DNA of 59,566 nt, filler included. It is 5 parts of 5 records of this genome, joined end to end, with 100 filler letters (N's around TTAATTAATTAA, not from the genome) between each part and the next. Parts side by side here need not be neighbours in the genome. Positions count along the whole stretch, not along the records: positions 36,707 to 53,737 come from SRR2962707_2625; 4 more parts are not named here. One strand, given 5' to 3'. Made by a program: the position numbers and the translations under genes. The notes under the pieces were generated by a model, which saw only the letters and a list, made by a program, of their open reading frames with translations, did not search any database and had not been told where the DNA came from. Below are positions 39,919 through 49,619 of the stretch, in pieces (position 1 is the first letter of the stretch; each line of letters opens with the position of its first letter).

Positions 39919-40854
39919 GTGAAAAAAGTATTTATTGATGGTGAAACTGGCACCACTGGCTTACAAGTAAGAGACCGTTTGGTGAACCACCCAAACATTA
40001 GCATCATTAGTATTGATCCAGCGAAAAAGCGCGATGTAGAAGAAAAGCGCCGTCTGATGAAAGAAGCAGATGTGACCGTACTTTGCTTGCCTGATGACGC
40101 GGCAAAAGACAGTGTTGTTTTGGCCAAGGAAGAAGGCTGCCGTATTCTGGACGCAAGCTCGGTTCACCGTGTGGCAGATGGTTGGGTGTATGGCCTACCA
40201 GAGTTGGATGTCACTCAACGCGCTAAAATCAAAGACGCGCAGTTTGTTTCCAACCCCGGCTGTTACCCTACTGGGGCGATTCTATTGCTAAAACCTTTGG
40301 TCGAAGCGGGATTGTTGCCTGCATCTGGCGATTACTCCATTAACGCTATTTCTGGTTACAGCGGCGGTGGTAATGCACTGATTGACCGCTATGAAAATAC
40401 AGACAATGCGCCTATTTTTGGGGCTTACGGCCTAACGTTTAATCATAAACATCTACCAGAGATCAAAACTTGGTCCGGCATAAACAAAGCGCCTATCTTT
40501 GTGCCTAGCGTTGGTAGTTTTAGCCAAGGCATGCTGACTTTCTTACCGATTCAGCTAAAAGGCGAAGTCACCATGGCGCAGCTGCAAGCTAAATTGGCGG
40601 ATGTATACGCGGCTGACAGTTTTGTTAAGGTGAATGATTTTAACGCGGTTGAAGACGCTGCGGCGCCTTTCTTAACACCTCATGGTCTTGAGAACACCAA
40701 CCTAGTTGAGTTGTCAGTCTTGAGTGGCCCTGATAATCAATCCGGTGTCTTGGTTGCCAAACTAGATAACCTTGGTAAAGGCGCTTCGGGGGCGGCCGTA
40801 CAGAACCTAAACATCATGTTAGGTTTTGCTGAAGAAACCGCCGTTGACCTTTAA
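39919..40854 (+). CDS. argC: N-acetyl-gamma-glutamyl-phosphate reductase, type 2
   Basis: KVFIDGETGTTGLQ, SNPGCYPTG, SGYSGGG, DNLGKGASGAAVQN. Confidence 0.95.
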   Translation: MKKVFIDGETGTTGLQVRDRLVNHPNISIISIDPAKKRDVEEKRRLMKEADVTVLCLPDDAAKDSVVLAKEEGCRILDASSVHRVADGWVYGLPELDVTQRAKIKDAQFVSNPGCYPTGAILLLKPLVEAGLLPASGDYSINAISGYSGGGNALIDRYENTDNAPIFGAYGLTFNHKHLPEIKTWSGINKAPIFVPSVGSFSQGMLTFLPIQLKGEVTMAQLQAKLADVYAADSFVKVNDFNAVEDAAAPFLTPHGLENTNLVELSVLSGPDNQSGVLVAKLDNLGKGASGAAVQNLNIMLGFAEETAVDL

Positions 40855-40938
40855 TCAAGATGCCATGTTTAGTAGCGCTGCTTATCAGCGCTGCTTACTC
40901 GCGCTATTTATCAATGCTAACAAGCAACACAACGTCCT

Positions 40939-41370
40939 TTACATGGTCGATAGCAACAAGCTGGTTTCACTGTTTAGAATACCATCCACCTCTCGCACAC
41001 GACGCAGCACACGATCGAACTCCCCCAAACTGGTGGTTTGCAATTCAGCGACCAAATCCCACGCGCCATTGGTCGTATGCAGCTTGACCAATTCAGGAAT
41101 ACCGCGCAGCTTTTTAATCACTTGCGACGTTGATTGACCAGCCACTTCGATCATCATAATGGCACGCACTGTTTCTTTTTCTACTTCTTGGTGAACCCGT
41201 ACCGTAAACCCTAAAATTACGCCACTCGACACCAATCGATCCAGTCGGTTTTGCACCGTCGCACGAGACACTTTAAGTGTGTCGGCCAAATAGGAAATAG
41301 ACGCTCGGCCATCTTTGCGCAATTCAGAAATCAAATCCGAGTCTAGGGAATCATAAATATAGGGTTTCAT
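40939..41370 (-). CDS. Lrp/AsnC-family regulator
   Basis: LRKDGRASISYLA..VSRATVQNRL HTH, HTTNGAWDL. Confidence 0.93.
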   Translation of the reverse strand: MKPYIYDSLDSDLISELRKDGRASISYLADTLKVSRATVQNRLDRLVSSGVILGFTVRVHQEVEKETVRAIMMIEVAGQSTSQVIKKLRGIPELVKLHTTNGAWDLVAELQTTSLGEFDRVLRRVREVDGILNSETSLLLSTM

Positions 41371-41397
41371 CTTGTTTCTCTCAGTTTAAAAAGAAAA

Positions 41398-41468
41398 CTG
41401 ACAATATGTCAGATTTGTCTGTCTATTTGCTAAAAATATCTTCAAATAGTATTAACTTCTGACATATT
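41398..41468. promoter_or_regulatory. Palindromic operator candidates between lrp-like gene and ctlX
   Basis: CTGACA-ata-TGTCAG at 41398-41412; inverted copy TCTGACATATT at 41458-41468. Confidence 0.5.
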
Positions 41469-41530
41469 AAACAACATCAAGTCATCCTATTATGGCCTCT
41501 CTTCTTTTCTCTGTGCCAGAGGGCCTGTAC

Positions 41531-42469
41531 ATGACGAATACAATGAGCAACACAATCACCAAAACACAATCCCCTGAAGCCATTGTCATGGTACGCCCTC
41601 ATCGTTTCGTTTCGAACCCTGAAACCATGGCCGACAATGCTTTTCAATATGCCTGTAAAAGTAAAAACGCCGCTCTAAGCGCCTACCATGAAGTAACAGA
41701 AGCCGTTGCTAGCTTGCAAGAAAAGGGGGTGACCGTGCATGTCTTTGAGGATAAATCGACTACTACGCCAGACTCTGTGTTTCCGAACAACTGGTTCAGT
41801 ACACACCATAACGGCACCTTGGTCCAATACCCTATGTACGCCCCAAACCGCCGCAATGAATACCGCCAAGACATCATGGACTTTTTGATTGCACACTACG
41901 GTTATCAAACCACGATTAATTTAAGACACCACGCTGACGAACAAGCGTTTCTAGAAGGGACTGGCTCCATCGTGTTCGACCACCAGCACAACATTGCCTA
42001 CGCCGCTCGCTCCAAGCGAACCAATGAATCCCTATTCCGACGCATTTGCCGAGACATGGGCTATCAAGCCGTACTATTTGATGCGATGGATGAAAATGGC
42101 GTGCCGATTTATCACACCAATGTGATGATGTGTGTCAGCACTCGATTCGTTATGATTGGCATGGACATGGTCGCAGAAAAAGACCGACCTGCCTTATTCA
42201 GTCTATTTCAGCAAAGTGGCTTAAGCGTTATTCATTTGAGCAATCAGCAAATCCGACACTTTTGTGGCAATGCCATCGAGTTGCGCGGTACAGACGACAA
42301 CATACTCGCGCTTTCTCATACCGCTTTCAGCGCCCTTACCACGCCTCAGAAATTGCTTATCGAAGCGTCCGTAACATTATTACCGCTTGCCATCCCGACC
42401 ATAGAAAGTGCCGGCGGCTCGGTGCGTTGCATGATCGCAGGAGTGCATCGTTCTAATCTTGCGCAATAG
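41531..42469 (+). CDS. ctlX: Amidinotransferase-superfamily citrulline hydrolase (CtlX-like)
   Basis: MVRP..F..NPET, TPDSVFPNNWFS, FLEGTGS, IYHTNVMM, GGSVRCM. Confidence 0.82.
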   Translation: MTNTMSNTITKTQSPEAIVMVRPHRFVSNPETMADNAFQYACKSKNAALSAYHEVTEAVASLQEKGVTVHVFEDKSTTTPDSVFPNNWFSTHHNGTLVQYPMYAPNRRNEYRQDIMDFLIAHYGYQTTINLRHHADEQAFLEGTGSIVFDHQHNIAYAARSKRTNESLFRRICRDMGYQAVLFDAMDENGVPIYHTNVMMCVSTRFVMIGMDMVAEKDRPALFSLFQQSGLSVIHLSNQQIRHFCGNAIELRGTDDNILALSHTAFSALTTPQKLLIEASVTLLPLAIPTIESAGGSVRCMIAGVHRSNLAQ

Positions 42470-43385
42470 CGCTTGTGTCGACAAACGCGTCCCAATACGG
42501 AGGCGCGCCAAAATACCCATCTAAGAAATCCACAAAGCAGCGCACCTTACTTGCCAACAGCTTGCGGTGCGCATAAAGCGCGTATAGCCCCATCACCTTA
42601 GGCTCAAAATCCAACAACACTGGCACCAACTGCCCCTTTCGGATCGCCTCTCCCGCAATAAAAGTGGGCTGCAAAGCAATGCCTGCCCCAGCAATGGCCG
42701 CTTCGACCAGAACATCACCATTATTACTTTGAAAGGCACCGCTTTTTTCAATGTTCTTGCTGCGCAACCAAGGGAAAATACTCTCACGATCATCCATCTC
42801 CATGTAGCTGTAATGCAGATACCTATGGTGTTTCAGATCTTCTGGGCAAGTGGGTGTCCCATGCTGTTTAAGGTAATCAGGCGAGGCACAAAGAATCACT
42901 CTCACTGGCGCGACGTGTTTAGCCACCAGCGATGAGCTTTTCAACTCACCGATTCTCAACACCACGTCAAATCCCTCATCAACCACATCGACCTTACGGT
43001 CATTAAGCTGTAAATCCAGATCAATTAGCGGGTATTGCTTTTGAAATTCAGCCAACAAAGGCGCCAAATGCTTAATCGAAAACGACACAGGCGCGCTAAT
43101 CCGTAACGTGCCTTTCGGGTTTTGATGTAAGCCACCAAGCTGTTGATCCATCTCATCGATACTGGCGAGGATTTGCTGAGCATGCTGCAAATACTGCATC
43201 CCCGCTTCTGTTAGATTAACCCTACGCGTTGTTCGGTTAAGCAAACGCACGTTTAGCTTGTCTTCTAACTGTGAAACATACTTGCTCACCAACTGTGGCG
43301 ACAGCTGTAACAGCTCAGCAGCGCGGCTAAAGCTACCCTCTGTGACCACAGACACAAAAGCACGCATCGCATCAATCCTATCCAT
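42453..43385 (-). CDS. LysR regulator (CrgA/DmlR-like)
   Basis: GSFSRAAE HTH, LLNRTTRRV. Confidence 0.95.
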   Translation of the reverse strand: MDRIDAMRAFVSVVTEGSFSRAAELLQLSPQLVSKYVSQLEDKLNVRLLNRTTRRVNLTEAGMQYLQHAQQILASIDEMDQQLGGLHQNPKGTLRISAPVSFSIKHLAPLLAEFQKQYPLIDLDLQLNDRKVDVVDEGFDVVLRIGELKSSSLVAKHVAPVRVILCASPDYLKQHGTPTCPEDLKHHRYLHYSYMEMDDRESIFPWLRSKNIEKSGAFQSNNGDVLVEAAIAGAGIALQPTFIAGEAIRKGQLVPVLLDFEPKVMGLYALYAHRKLLASKVRCFVDFLDGYFGAPPYWDAFVDTSAIAQD

Positions 43386-43539
43386 ACCAACACCCTTTTA
43401 TACAACAAACTCTATTATCTTCGTTTTGTTGTTAATAATTCAACAATAGCCCTCTTAATTATAAAAAATATTGATAGTAAGATGGCTATATTCTCTAGCA
43501 ATAGACACTTATTTGACTCTTTGAAAAACGGAACCCTAT

Positions 43540-43986
43540 ATGAGCTTACAACTTTTAAAAAAATTGGTAACAACGAACAATAGCCTAAGCGCCTTTATCT
43601 TACGTGCCCCTATCGGCATTATTTTGATGGCACACGGCTCGCAGAAACTGTTCGGCTGGTTTGGCGGCTACGGCTTAGAAGGCACAGGTCAATGGATGTC
43701 GAGCATTGGCCTTGATCCAGGCTATTTGATGGCCTTGCTATCTGGCAGTGCAGAATTTTTTGGTGGATTGGCTTTGTTGATTGGTTTATTAACTCGCCCA
43801 GCGGCGTTTGTTGTGGCGTTTACTATGCTAATCGCGATCTTCAGCGTACACATCAGCCATGGATTATTCGCCTCAAATGGCGGTTACGAATACGCATTAA
43901 GCCTATTTGTGGTGGCCATTGCCATCCTTATCCAAGGTGCTGGACGCTTCTCAATCGACAAAATGATTCAGAGTAAATTGTCTTAA
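43540..43986 (+). CDS. DoxX family membrane protein
   Basis: HGSQKLFGWFGG, AEFFGG, GGYEY, GAGRFSID. Confidence 0.92.
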   Translation: MSLQLLKKLVTTNNSLSAFILRAPIGIILMAHGSQKLFGWFGGYGLEGTGQWMSSIGLDPGYLMALLSGSAEFFGGLALLIGLLTRPAAFVVAFTMLIAIFSVHISHGLFASNGGYEYALSLFVVAIAILIQGAGRFSIDKMIQSKLS

Positions 43987-43995
43987 TGACAAGGC

Positions 43996-44030
43996 GCACT
44001 CAGGGTTCTATTACTCAGAACCCTGAGTGC
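43996..44030. terminator. 14-bp hairpin after doxX
   Basis: GCACTCAGGGTTCT-N7-AGAACCCTGAGTGC. Confidence 0.6.
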
Positions 44031-44089
44031 ATGAATAAGCATGAGTAAATCCCATAAAGAGAATCATCTGGCACTGCACTCTTGTTGAG

Positions 44090-44150
44090 ACACACTTCCC
44101 TTTTTTTTATTAATACACACTCCCCTTTTTTATTGATACACCCTATCCCC
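44090..44150. repeat. Short imperfect tandem repeat (about 2.5 copies of 23-25 nt)
   Basis: ACACACTTCCC-T8-ATTAAT / ACACACTCCCC-T6-ATTGAT / ACACCCTATCCCC. Confidence 0.6.
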
Positions 44151-44704
44151 GTTATCGGCCTCACAAGAAACGACGCTGAAGGAAGCTAGATAACGCCGCT
44201 CACTTTATCAGACCTCATGGCATTTTTACCCTGCAGCTGCACCATCTTCCATCATTGATCATAACAGAATAATTAGAGCTCTATTTATTCGACCTTCGTT
44301 ATAAAATCCACGCTAACAACACTCAAACTCACCTAGAAATAAGATTCTCAAAGCCATGTTTTTCATAGTTTTTTTGACTGATTTTAGGAAGCCAAATAAA
44401 ATTTATTTATTGACAAATAGTTACATAAAATAATAAGTTACAGCTCTAATCTTCATACCAAAGAAAAAATTCATATAAATCAATCATCAATAAACATTGT
44501 CCATCCCATTTCTTGTGCCTTGATGAAAAACGTTAAAGACCCTTAAGCACGCTAATTTGAGAATTAGCCGTATCAGAAAAAGCGCTTTTTCAGCGCTCAT
44601 TACAGCAATATTGACTGAGCCGTTTTCTATTTTTCAATAAAAAACGAGTAACCGAAGAAAATCAATATAGAGCTCTAAATAAAATACAATTTTGGTAAAC
44701 AATA

Positions 44705-46339
44705 ATGAGTACACGGAAAAACAAAAAAGTAGCAATAGACCTTGCCTTACTTCTACCCTCTGTTTTGGTCATCTTAGCGATAAGCATCCCGCTTCTTATC
44801 AACCCAGAAGCCAGTAAAATAGTCGTCAATCAACTGCTTACTTGGTGCACAGGAACCTTTGGCTGGCTGTATCTTCTCGCTGGTATCAGCAGTTTCATGT
44901 TTGTCGGCTGGTTAGCATTCGGTCCTGTAGGTCGCATCAAATTAGGTGGCCCTGACGAAAAGCCAGAATTCAGTAAACTGCCATGGGTTTCCATGTTATT
45001 TTGTGCGGGTATTGGCATTTCTATCTGTAATTGGGCCTTTGTCGAACCTCTCTACTTTCTTTCTTCTCCACCAATGGGAATCGAAGCAAACACAACAAAA
45101 GCTGTCGAGTGGGCAGCTATGTACCCGATGTTTCACTGGGGGGTAATACCTTGGGCAATATATCTAATGCCAGCGTTACCGATTGGCTATGCCTTGTATG
45201 TCCGAAAAGTGAATGTACTTAGGCTAAGTGAAGCCTGTCGTGGTGTTTTAGGTAATTTAGTTGACGGTATCGTTGGCAAAATCATCGACATTATTGTGAT
45301 ATTTTCCATTGTCGGCGGTGTTGGTACATCATTAGGTTTGTCTGTTCCCCTTGTCTCCAAGCTTTTTCAGTCTATGTTTGGTCTACAAGATTCCTTTGGG
45401 CTGCAAATGGTCATACTTGCCGCATGGATCGCGATGATTAGCTGGAGTGTTTACAACGGATTAAACAAAGGCATCCAAACTCTTTCTAATATTAATGCGG
45501 CACTTGCCTTAGCACTGTTGGTATTTGTTTTATTTGCCAGCTCTACCATATTCATCTTAAACCTATGGGTTAACAGCTTCGGGCTCTTAGTGGATAACTT
45601 CTTCCGCATTGCATTCTGGACAGACCCTATCGCCAAAAGCGGCTTCCCGCAAAACTGGACTATTTTCTATTGGGCATGGTGGATAGCTTACGCCCCTATG
45701 ATGGGGTTATTTGTTGCTAGGATTTCCCGTGGACGTACCGTGAAAGATATTATTATCAACGGCATGCTTTGGGGGTCATTTGGTTGTTGGGCATTCTTCG
45801 CCATCTGGGGTGGTTATGCACTAAATCTAGACATAAGTGGCACCTTAGACCTTCAAACCATTTTGAGCCAACAGGGCATACCTGCGACCGTTGTTGCTGT
45901 GCTTCAGCAGCTACCGGCGTCGGAAGTCATTATTCCATTGTTCACACTGCTTTGTTTCATCTTCCTAGCGACGACCGTTGATTCCTCAGCGTACATGCTA
46001 GCCGCTGTCTGCACTAAAGAGATCAATGGTTACCAAGAGCCAGCACGCTGGAATAGGATTCTCTGGACTCTATTGCTTGGATTAGTTGGTATTGGCTTAC
46101 TGTCTATGGGCGGGTTAAAAGTAGTGCAGACATCGACTGTATTGGTTGCATTACCAATGATTCCAGTTTTAGGCATTATGAGCTTGTCATTGCTTCGTTG
46201 GGTAAAAGAGGACTTTTCTTCTGAATTAGCGCCCAATGTCATTGCCAATGACGCATCAGACAACACCCCAAATAGCACGCAACCTAGTAAAACAACCAGA
46301 GTTCAAGGCGTGATGGATTCACCTGCGATCAATAAATAA
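44705..46339 (+). CDS. BCCT family transporter
   Basis: WVSMLFCAGIG, FHWG..PW, WTIFYWAWW, ARISRGRT. Confidence 0.94.
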   Translation: MSTRKNKKVAIDLALLLPSVLVILAISIPLLINPEASKIVVNQLLTWCTGTFGWLYLLAGISSFMFVGWLAFGPVGRIKLGGPDEKPEFSKLPWVSMLFCAGIGISICNWAFVEPLYFLSSPPMGIEANTTKAVEWAAMYPMFHWGVIPWAIYLMPALPIGYALYVRKVNVLRLSEACRGVLGNLVDGIVGKIIDIIVIFSIVGGVGTSLGLSVPLVSKLFQSMFGLQDSFGLQMVILAAWIAMISWSVYNGLNKGIQTLSNINAALALALLVFVLFASSTIFILNLWVNSFGLLVDNFFRIAFWTDPIAKSGFPQNWTIFYWAWWIAYAPMMGLFVARISRGRTVKDIIINGMLWGSFGCWAFFAIWGGYALNLDISGTLDLQTILSQQGIPATVVAVLQQLPASEVIIPLFTLLCFIFLATTVDSSAYMLAAVCTKEINGYQEPARWNRILWTLLLGLVGIGLLSMGGLKVVQTSTVLVALPMIPVLGIMSLSLLRWVKEDFSSELAPNVIANDASDNTPNSTQPSKTTRVQGVMDSPAINK

Positions 46340-46370
46340 TGACGCTCTAGTATGGCGTTTAGAGACTGAT

Positions 46371-46410
46371 AAAAAAGGGACAATCTACACGCTAGATTGC
46401 CCTTTTTTTT
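46371..46410. terminator. Bidirectional intrinsic terminator
   Basis: A6-GGGACAATCTA..TAGATTGCCC-T8 between convergent genes. Confidence 0.85.
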
Positions 46411-46442
46411 GCTCTAACAGCCCCCCTTTGCGAGGTCAGCAA

Positions 46443-47153
46443 CTAGCCAGTAACATCAAAACGAATCATCGTTTGGCCATGACTCACTATGGTGTTTTTA
46501 CCCAATCGCGTCTTGGCTTCTAACATGCCATTGAGACTACCCGTCATAAAAAAGAACTCGCCTTGGTAACCTCGACGAACACATTCAACAAGGCCTTTCT
46601 TTAAGAAAAGTTGCTTTTCAGCCAGTAATTCTGAGTCTGTTGAACGGTATTCAAACACCTCGTCTGAGGTGTTGCTGTTGAACTGAAAATCCCCAACGAC
46701 CGCGTCATCCGCCACAATAATGCCGTAGTTAAAAAAGAAATCGCAGCCAATATGGCTCAATGGGTTAATCTTCTCACGCATCACTTCGATGGCCACTTTA
46801 GGCTGGCTCGCACTCACTAAAGCGTCGACCTCTTGTTCCGTATCAGGCACGCTCGCTTGGTAGCACAGCTCAACTTCAAAACCTGTTACATCACTAAGAT
46901 TAAACTGCTCACTGTGGTTATTGGCCAACTGAAAATCAAAAATAGGCGAAATAATAAAGGTGTTTTTATCTTCGACAATTTTCCACCCTTTAATCGTGGC
47001 GCCCTTTGCCTGCAAGCTCGCGATCATCTCATCTTGAGCACGGCACATGCCATGGTAATCCTTACTGATGGACTCAAATTGGCCACCTTTAAAATCCCTA
47101 AGCACGCCATAATAGGTTTCTCTATTCATCTCACTCATCTTCACATTGCCCAT
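46443..47153 (-). CDS. Divergent FAH-superfamily / 2-keto-4-pentenoate hydratase-like protein
   Basis: GWK, FEVEL, AIEV, D...N.G and TGS motifs in hydratase order. Confidence 0.55.
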   Translation of the reverse strand: MGNVKMSEMNRETYYGVLRDFKGGQFESISKDYHGMCRAQDEMIASLQAKGATIKGWKIVEDKNTFIISPIFDFQLANNHSEQFNLSDVTGFEVELCYQASVPDTEQEVDALVSASQPKVAIEVMREKINPLSHIGCDFFFNYGIIVADDAVVGDFQFNSNTSDEVFEYRSTDSELLAEKQLFLKKGLVECVRRGYQGEFFFMTGSLNGMLEAKTRLGKNTIVSHGQTMIRFDVTG

Positions 47154-47324
47154 TTAGTATAATGATTACCCTGAACACCTTGCGTATTCATAGCTTAATA
47201 CCCCAGTGAATCACGTCCGTTTAAACGCTAAGGAATGCGTTTTTTGTTTTTATTTTTCTGCTATTGCGTAACACGTCTTATTCACGCCTACCATGCCCAA
47301 AAACACAGCAGAAGATGCCTTTCG

Positions 47325-48197
47325 CTAGTTCAGCTCAAGGCCAGACTCTCTTGCGATGGTTTCTAAGCGCGCTTTTGCTTTCGCAATGTCTTCAAACCAA
47401 TGGTCGTTTTGCGCCCACATTTCAATCACCAATGGGCCGGCATAATCGATTTCTGCCAGCGTTTTGAAAATCCCATGGAAATCGACCTGCCCTTCTCCAA
47501 TCACCAAGTCACGAAATTGCCCTTTGCACTCAGGAGACACCCGTAAAGTGTCTTTCAAATGCACCTGAACAATGTGCTGATGAGACAGTTTTAATTCCGT
47601 TGGCACATGGTGATTCCAACCGGATATGTTGCCCACATCTGGGTACGCCATAAAATAAGGCGATGGAATTTTCTGCTTAAGCACTTCAAATTTGCTCAGC
47701 GAATTTAAATAGGGTGTGTCCATGATTTCGACACCCAATAACACGCCAGCGCGCTCGGCCATTTTGGTGGCTTTTTGCATGCCTTCAATAAAGCGTTCAT
47801 GGGTTGCTTCGGACTGAGGCTCGTAATAGACGTCGTAGCCTGCCATTTGAATACAGCGAATGCCCATTTTATAAGCAAAGGCGATGGCTTTTTCCATGAT
47901 CTCAAAAGCACGCTCGCGAACCGCGTCATCCATGGAGCCAAATGGGTATTTACGGTGGGCACTCAAGCACATGGACTGCAGCGGCATATCCAGCTCTATG
48001 CATAAGTTTCTTAGCGCATAAATCTCTTCATCAGACCACTCTAAACGCGCCTGTCGGTCATCGGTCTCATCCACTGAAATCTCAACAAAATCAAAGCCTA
48101 GCTCTTTGGCTTTTGTCAGCCTTTCTCGCCAAGACAACTCAATAGGCAAGGCTTTTTCATAAATGCCCAAACGAAATTTTTTATCAAAATTGATCAT
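47325..48197 (-). CDS. sgbU: L-xylulose-5-phosphate / L-ribulose-5-phosphate 3-epimerase
   Basis: LGIYEKALP, SMCLSAHRKYPFGS, AGYDVYYE, YPDVGN, HLKDT, IEMW. Confidence 0.92.
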   Translation of the reverse strand: MINFDKKFRLGIYEKALPIELSWRERLTKAKELGFDFVEISVDETDDRQARLEWSDEEIYALRNLCIELDMPLQSMCLSAHRKYPFGSMDDAVRERAFEIMEKAIAFAYKMGIRCIQMAGYDVYYEPQSEATHERFIEGMQKATKMAERAGVLLGVEIMDTPYLNSLSKFEVLKQKIPSPYFMAYPDVGNISGWNHHVPTELKLSHQHIVQVHLKDTLRVSPECKGQFRDLVIGEGQVDFHGIFKTLAEIDYAGPLVIEMWAQNDHWFEDIAKAKARLETIARESGLELN

Positions 48198-48206
48198 CAC
48201 ATGGCC

Positions 48207-48965
48207 TCAAGATAGGGTGTCTTCGATCGCCAGCGCTGTACTCGCCAAACGCTTCGCTAGGCTTTCAAAACCCATTCGGTTCATTTTTGGTGTTAATGAC
48301 GAAATACTTATGGCGTAAATCGGCATTTTCTCTTTATTAAATACGGGCGTCGCCACACATGAAATGCCCGCTTCATTCTCTTCATCATCGATCGCATAAC
48401 CACGTTCTTTAATGCGATCAAGCGATTGAAAAAACTCGTCTTTATCTAGAATGGTTCGCTCAGTTAAACGCTTCATAGTATTGGCATTACGCTGCCAATA
48501 CGCCTCACGGACTTGGTCGTCTGCAAAGGCTAAAAAACATTTCCCCGCCGCCGAGCAGTACGCAGGAGAATGCAAACCAACGTAGGTTCGAGTGCGAAAA
48601 GACGCGTCTCTTGGCTCCAGCTTGTCTTTAAAAATAATATTGTCGCCATCAAAAGAGATGAAGTTCACCGTTTCATTCACCGCTTCTAACAAGCTAGTCA
48701 GATGGGGCTTAATGTAACCCGTCACGTCGGAATTCAGTGCGCTTTGGCCCACATGCAATAATTTCATGGTGAGCCGATAATCTCCGCCACTCGACAGCTG
48801 TACAACATAGCCTTCGCTTTCATAGGTGGATAACACCCGATGAACAGAAGACTTTGTCATGCCCAGTTCTTGGGAAATATGATTCAAAGAGGTTCCATTC
48901 GGAAACTTCCCTAAAAATTCCAAGACACTCAATGCTTTGATTAATGATTTAATGTGCTCACTCAT
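48207..48965 (-). CDS. IclR-family regulator (YiaJ-like)
   Basis: KSSVHRVL HTH, CSAAGK, GYAIDDEENEAGISCVA. Confidence 0.92.
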   Translation of the reverse strand: MSEHIKSLIKALSVLEFLGKFPNGTSLNHISQELGMTKSSVHRVLSTYESEGYVVQLSSGGDYRLTMKLLHVGQSALNSDVTGYIKPHLTSLLEAVNETVNFISFDGDNIIFKDKLEPRDASFRTRTYVGLHSPAYCSAAGKCFLAFADDQVREAYWQRNANTMKRLTERTILDKDEFFQSLDRIKERGYAIDDEENEAGISCVATPVFNKEKMPIYAISISSLTPKMNRMGFESLAKRLASTALAIEDTLS

Positions 48966-48974
48966 AAAAAGGAC

Positions 48975-49619
48975 CTACCAGAATTTTGCTATTTCGCTAT
49001 GAAATGCTTCTGCAATAGACACACCTTCATCACTTGCCAGCGCGCGGCCAGCAATAAAAGACTTCACTTTTATTTGTTTAAATAGGTATAAATCTGCAGG
49101 CACAATTCCACCTGTTATGGACAGCTCAATACCGATATCAGAAAGCCGCTGCATTTTGTTAAGGTCGTCGTCTGTCCAACTAACGCCGGCAAGTTCAGCG
49201 TCTCGAGAACGATGATAAATGGCTTGAGTAATGCCCATATCGTACCACGCTCTGGCGTCATCGAAGGTCCAATGCCCATAAAGTTCTATTTGTATTTCAC
49301 CTTGATACTGATCCGCGACTTTTTTGGCGGCTCGAATGGTTTCAATGTGCGCCGCGGCGCTCACCGTGACCCAATTTGCCCCCGCCTCTAACGCCAGTCT
49401 TGTTAAAATAGCGCTGGCATCGGTGATTTTCATGTCACACACAACAATATGGTTAGGGTATTTCTCACGGACTTTCGCGACACTGTTTACGCCGTCAGCG
49501 AACGCCAAAATCGTGCCCACTTCAATCACATCCAATTGTTCTGCAACGCGGGCAACAGACGCAAAAGCGGTGTCTAGATCGGTCGCGTCTAATGCCATTT
49601 GCAATAAAGGTTTAGTCAT
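48975..49619 (-). CDS. sgbH: 3-keto-L-gulonate-6-phosphate decarboxylase
   Basis: PLLQMALD, IEVGTIL, DMKITDA, YHRSRDA, ITGG; start at ATG 49619. Confidence 0.92.
   Translation of the reverse strand: MTKPLLQMALDATDLDTAFASVARVAEQLDVIEVGTILAFADGVNSVAKVREKYPNHIVVCDMKITDASAILTRLALEAGANWVTVSAAAHIETIRAAKKVADQYQGEIQIELYGHWTFDDARAWYDMGITQAIYHRSRDAELAGVSWTDDDLNKMQRLSDIGIELSITGGIVPADLYLFKQIKVKSFIAGRALASDEGVSIAEAFHSEIAKFW

Noticed and set aside
44090-44150. Possible mini-CRISPR
   Set aside because: Units are directly adjacent with no spacers, homopolymer-rich, and no cas genes are present
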